Shown: positions 62,478 through 64,000 of the stretch, in pieces
Numbering within the stretch: position 1 is the first letter of the stretch
Layout: each line of letters begins with the position of its first letter
From: Promethearchaeota archaeon
GTDB lineage: Archaea; Asgardarchaeota; Lokiarchaeia; Sigyniarchaeales; SOKP01
Reading direction: 5' to 3'
Assembly (NCBI GenBank): GCA_019057865.1
Contig: JAHLWP010000002.1
Span: forward strand, 64,001 to 128,000
Length of the DNA: 64,000 bases
The notes under the pieces: generated by a model
Databases searched by the model: none
What the model was told of the DNA's origin: nothing
Seen by the model: the letters and a program-made list of their open reading frames with translations, nothing else
Position numbers and translations under genes: made by a program

Positions 62478-63827
62478 ATGACACAATCTCACCCCAATTC
62501 TTATTTTAAAAAACTTTATGTTTATTTGGACACCAAAGAAGTCCAACTACTTGTAAACAAATTAAAGATTAATGAAGGGATGACACAAAAAAAAATTAGC
62601 GGGAAAATCGGGTCAAGCATTAAGAGTGTGATGAATCGCGGGTCAGCATTGAGGATTAAAAGCTACCAAATATTATGTGAATTGGCTAAGATGGTAAATA
62701 TAACACTAACTATAAAGAAAAAAAAACCTGTTCATACTTATTGCGTAAGATCTATGCAAGAATTAGCAAAAGAAATTGGGCTAAAGAAAACGGGAATAGC
62801 AGGGAGATTCTTATCAGAAGAGTATAAGGGAATGAATGTATCTCATAGATGGCAATGCGGGAAGTGCGGAAGAAAGTGGAAGACGTCTCCAAATAGCATT
62901 AAATATCAAGGAAGTTGGTGTAAAAAATGTTCAGGGCGGGAAACATGGACATATGAGCAGATGGTGGAACTTGCACGAAAGCGGGGTATTGAAAAAACTG
63001 GAGTCATGGGTAAGTTTTTGACGAGCAAAGAGGATTATAAAAAGCAATCATACCCAGATAGAAATACATATCGGTGGAAATGTGGAAAGTGCGGTCATAT
63101 ATGGGAAGCGACTGCCAATAATATTAAGCGAGGATCATGGTGTAGAACATGCCAATATACCCTTCTTTCCCATATATTTAAGAAGCCATATCAAGAAATA
63201 TTGGAACTAGCTAAAAATGTAGGGATTATAAAAACGGGCTATGCAGGTACATTTTTAGCAAATAAAGAGGAATATAACAAAGTCAGAAAACCCAGCCACC
63301 ATAAATTCATGTGGAAATGTGGGAAATGCAAGGAAATTTTTGAGATGGATATAACTCACGTAAGCCGACCGCAATGGTGTCCGAGCTGTACCGAAGGGGA
63401 AAGCGAAGTGATATGTCGCGGGTTTTTCGAATGTATTTTCAAAACCAAATTTCCTAAACAGCGACCAGAATGGTTGGTGAATCCCTTGAGCGGAGGTCAG
63501 ATGCACCTTGACGGATATAATAAAAAGTTAAAGTTGGCGTTTGAGTTTAACGGACCGCAACATTATAAGATGTATCCCAAATTTCATAAGGATTATCAAG
63601 ATTTTAAGAAGCAAGTAGAGCGGGATATGTTCAAAGCGTTATTGTGTAAAGAGCATGGATTAATAATAATTATAGTGCCATATACATTAGACTATGATGA
63701 GTTTCAGGAATATATTCAAGCAGAATATATGAGATTAACGGGAAAAGAGATAAAAAACGTACCTAAATACGATTGGAGAACGTTTAAAATAGAAGGCTCT
63801 AACTTATTAGACTATTTTTGCAAATAA
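62478..63827 (+). CDS. HTH + 3 Zn-finger repeats + PD-(D/E)xK-like endonuclease
   Basis: 3x WxCGKC...WCxxC; E..CR..FE.IF, HLDGYN..LAFEFNGPQHY. Confidence 0.8.
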   Translation: MTQSHPNSYFKKLYVYLDTKEVQLLVNKLKINEGMTQKKISGKIGSSIKSVMNRGSALRIKSYQILCELAKMVNITLTIKKKKPVHTYCVRSMQELAKEIGLKKTGIAGRFLSEEYKGMNVSHRWQCGKCGRKWKTSPNSIKYQGSWCKKCSGRETWTYEQMVELARKRGIEKTGVMGKFLTSKEDYKKQSYPDRNTYRWKCGKCGHIWEATANNIKRGSWCRTCQYTLLSHIFKKPYQEILELAKNVGIIKTGYAGTFLANKEEYNKVRKPSHHKFMWKCGKCKEIFEMDITHVSRPQWCPSCTEGESEVICRGFFECIFKTKFPKQRPEWLVNPLSGGQMHLDGYNKKLKLAFEFNGPQHYKMYPKFHKDYQDFKKQVERDMFKALLCKEHGLIIIIVPYTLDYDEFQEYIQAEYMRLTGKEIKNVPKYDWRTFKIEGSNLLDYFCK

Positions 63828-63874
63828 TTCTTTTCCAGTTTCATACACTTCACTTTCATTAGGTAGTCTGACTC

Positions 63875-64000
63875 CTAACCTAATATTTTTGATGATAGAT
63901 TTTCAGAGAAATGGATAATCCACGCTTCGTTGCTATTTGGTTGGATCGGAGACCCCCATTCCTTTAGATTATGATGTGAAGCAATTATATGGATAATTTC
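63875..64000 (-). CDS. C-terminus of an HD-domain protein (YhaM/Cbf1-like), partial
   Basis: EIIHIIASHHNLKEWGSPIQPNSNEAWIIHFSENLSSKILG*; absent from the ORF track. Confidence 0.75.
   Translation of the reverse strand, partial: EIIHIIASHHNLKEWGSPIQPNSNEAWIIHFSENLSSKILG

Noticed and set aside
321-63506. Many short antisense/overlapping ORFs in the track (e.g. 321-749, 7754-8083, 14573-14914, 22212-22472, 38238-38543, 49557-49856, 55690-55878)
   Set aside because: They are shadows of well-supported genes on the other strand or frame and have no motifs of their own
1-64000. CRISPR array, tRNA/rRNA, integrase/transposase, DGR/retron
   Set aside because: No regularly spaced repeat-spacer units, structured GC-rich RNA genes, recombinase or reverse transcriptase motifs were recognised by eye

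Overview
Strongly AT-rich archaeal DNA whose gene content points to an Asgard archaeon, most likely Lokiarchaeia (inference from the E2/JAMM/RING ubiquitin genes, archaeal ether-lipid genes and H4MPT/F420 genes). From left to right it holds: (1) a ubiquitin-system operon tail (E2, Rpn11-like JAMM protease, multi-pass membrane RING protein); (2) a pterin/flavin/F420 cofactor region (mptA, amidohydrolase, arfC, cofG, cofH, DHPS-like, DUF1464, DUF447, mptD, mptG) interrupted by a glycyl-radical-enzyme block; (3) archaeal lipid genes (polyprenol kinase, GGR, GGGP synthase ... DGGGP synthase) separated by a ~14.7-kb accessory island; (4) a sugar/acid catabolism region with several broken genes; (5) a radical SAM/DUF4130 pair, a second Zn-finger nuclease and a partial HD protein. 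The island carries a TFIIB-like-repeat/Zn-finger/nuclease fusion, surface proteins, a ParB-DUF488 two-gene module, and an array in which variable membrane-protein genes each follow a copy of the same small-gene 3' end. Several genes appear to start at ATT codons missed by the ORF track. Three genes carry in-frame stops or frameshifts. No rRNA, tRNA, CRISPR array, transposase or integrase was recognised. All family assignments come from motif recognition by eye, not from database searches.
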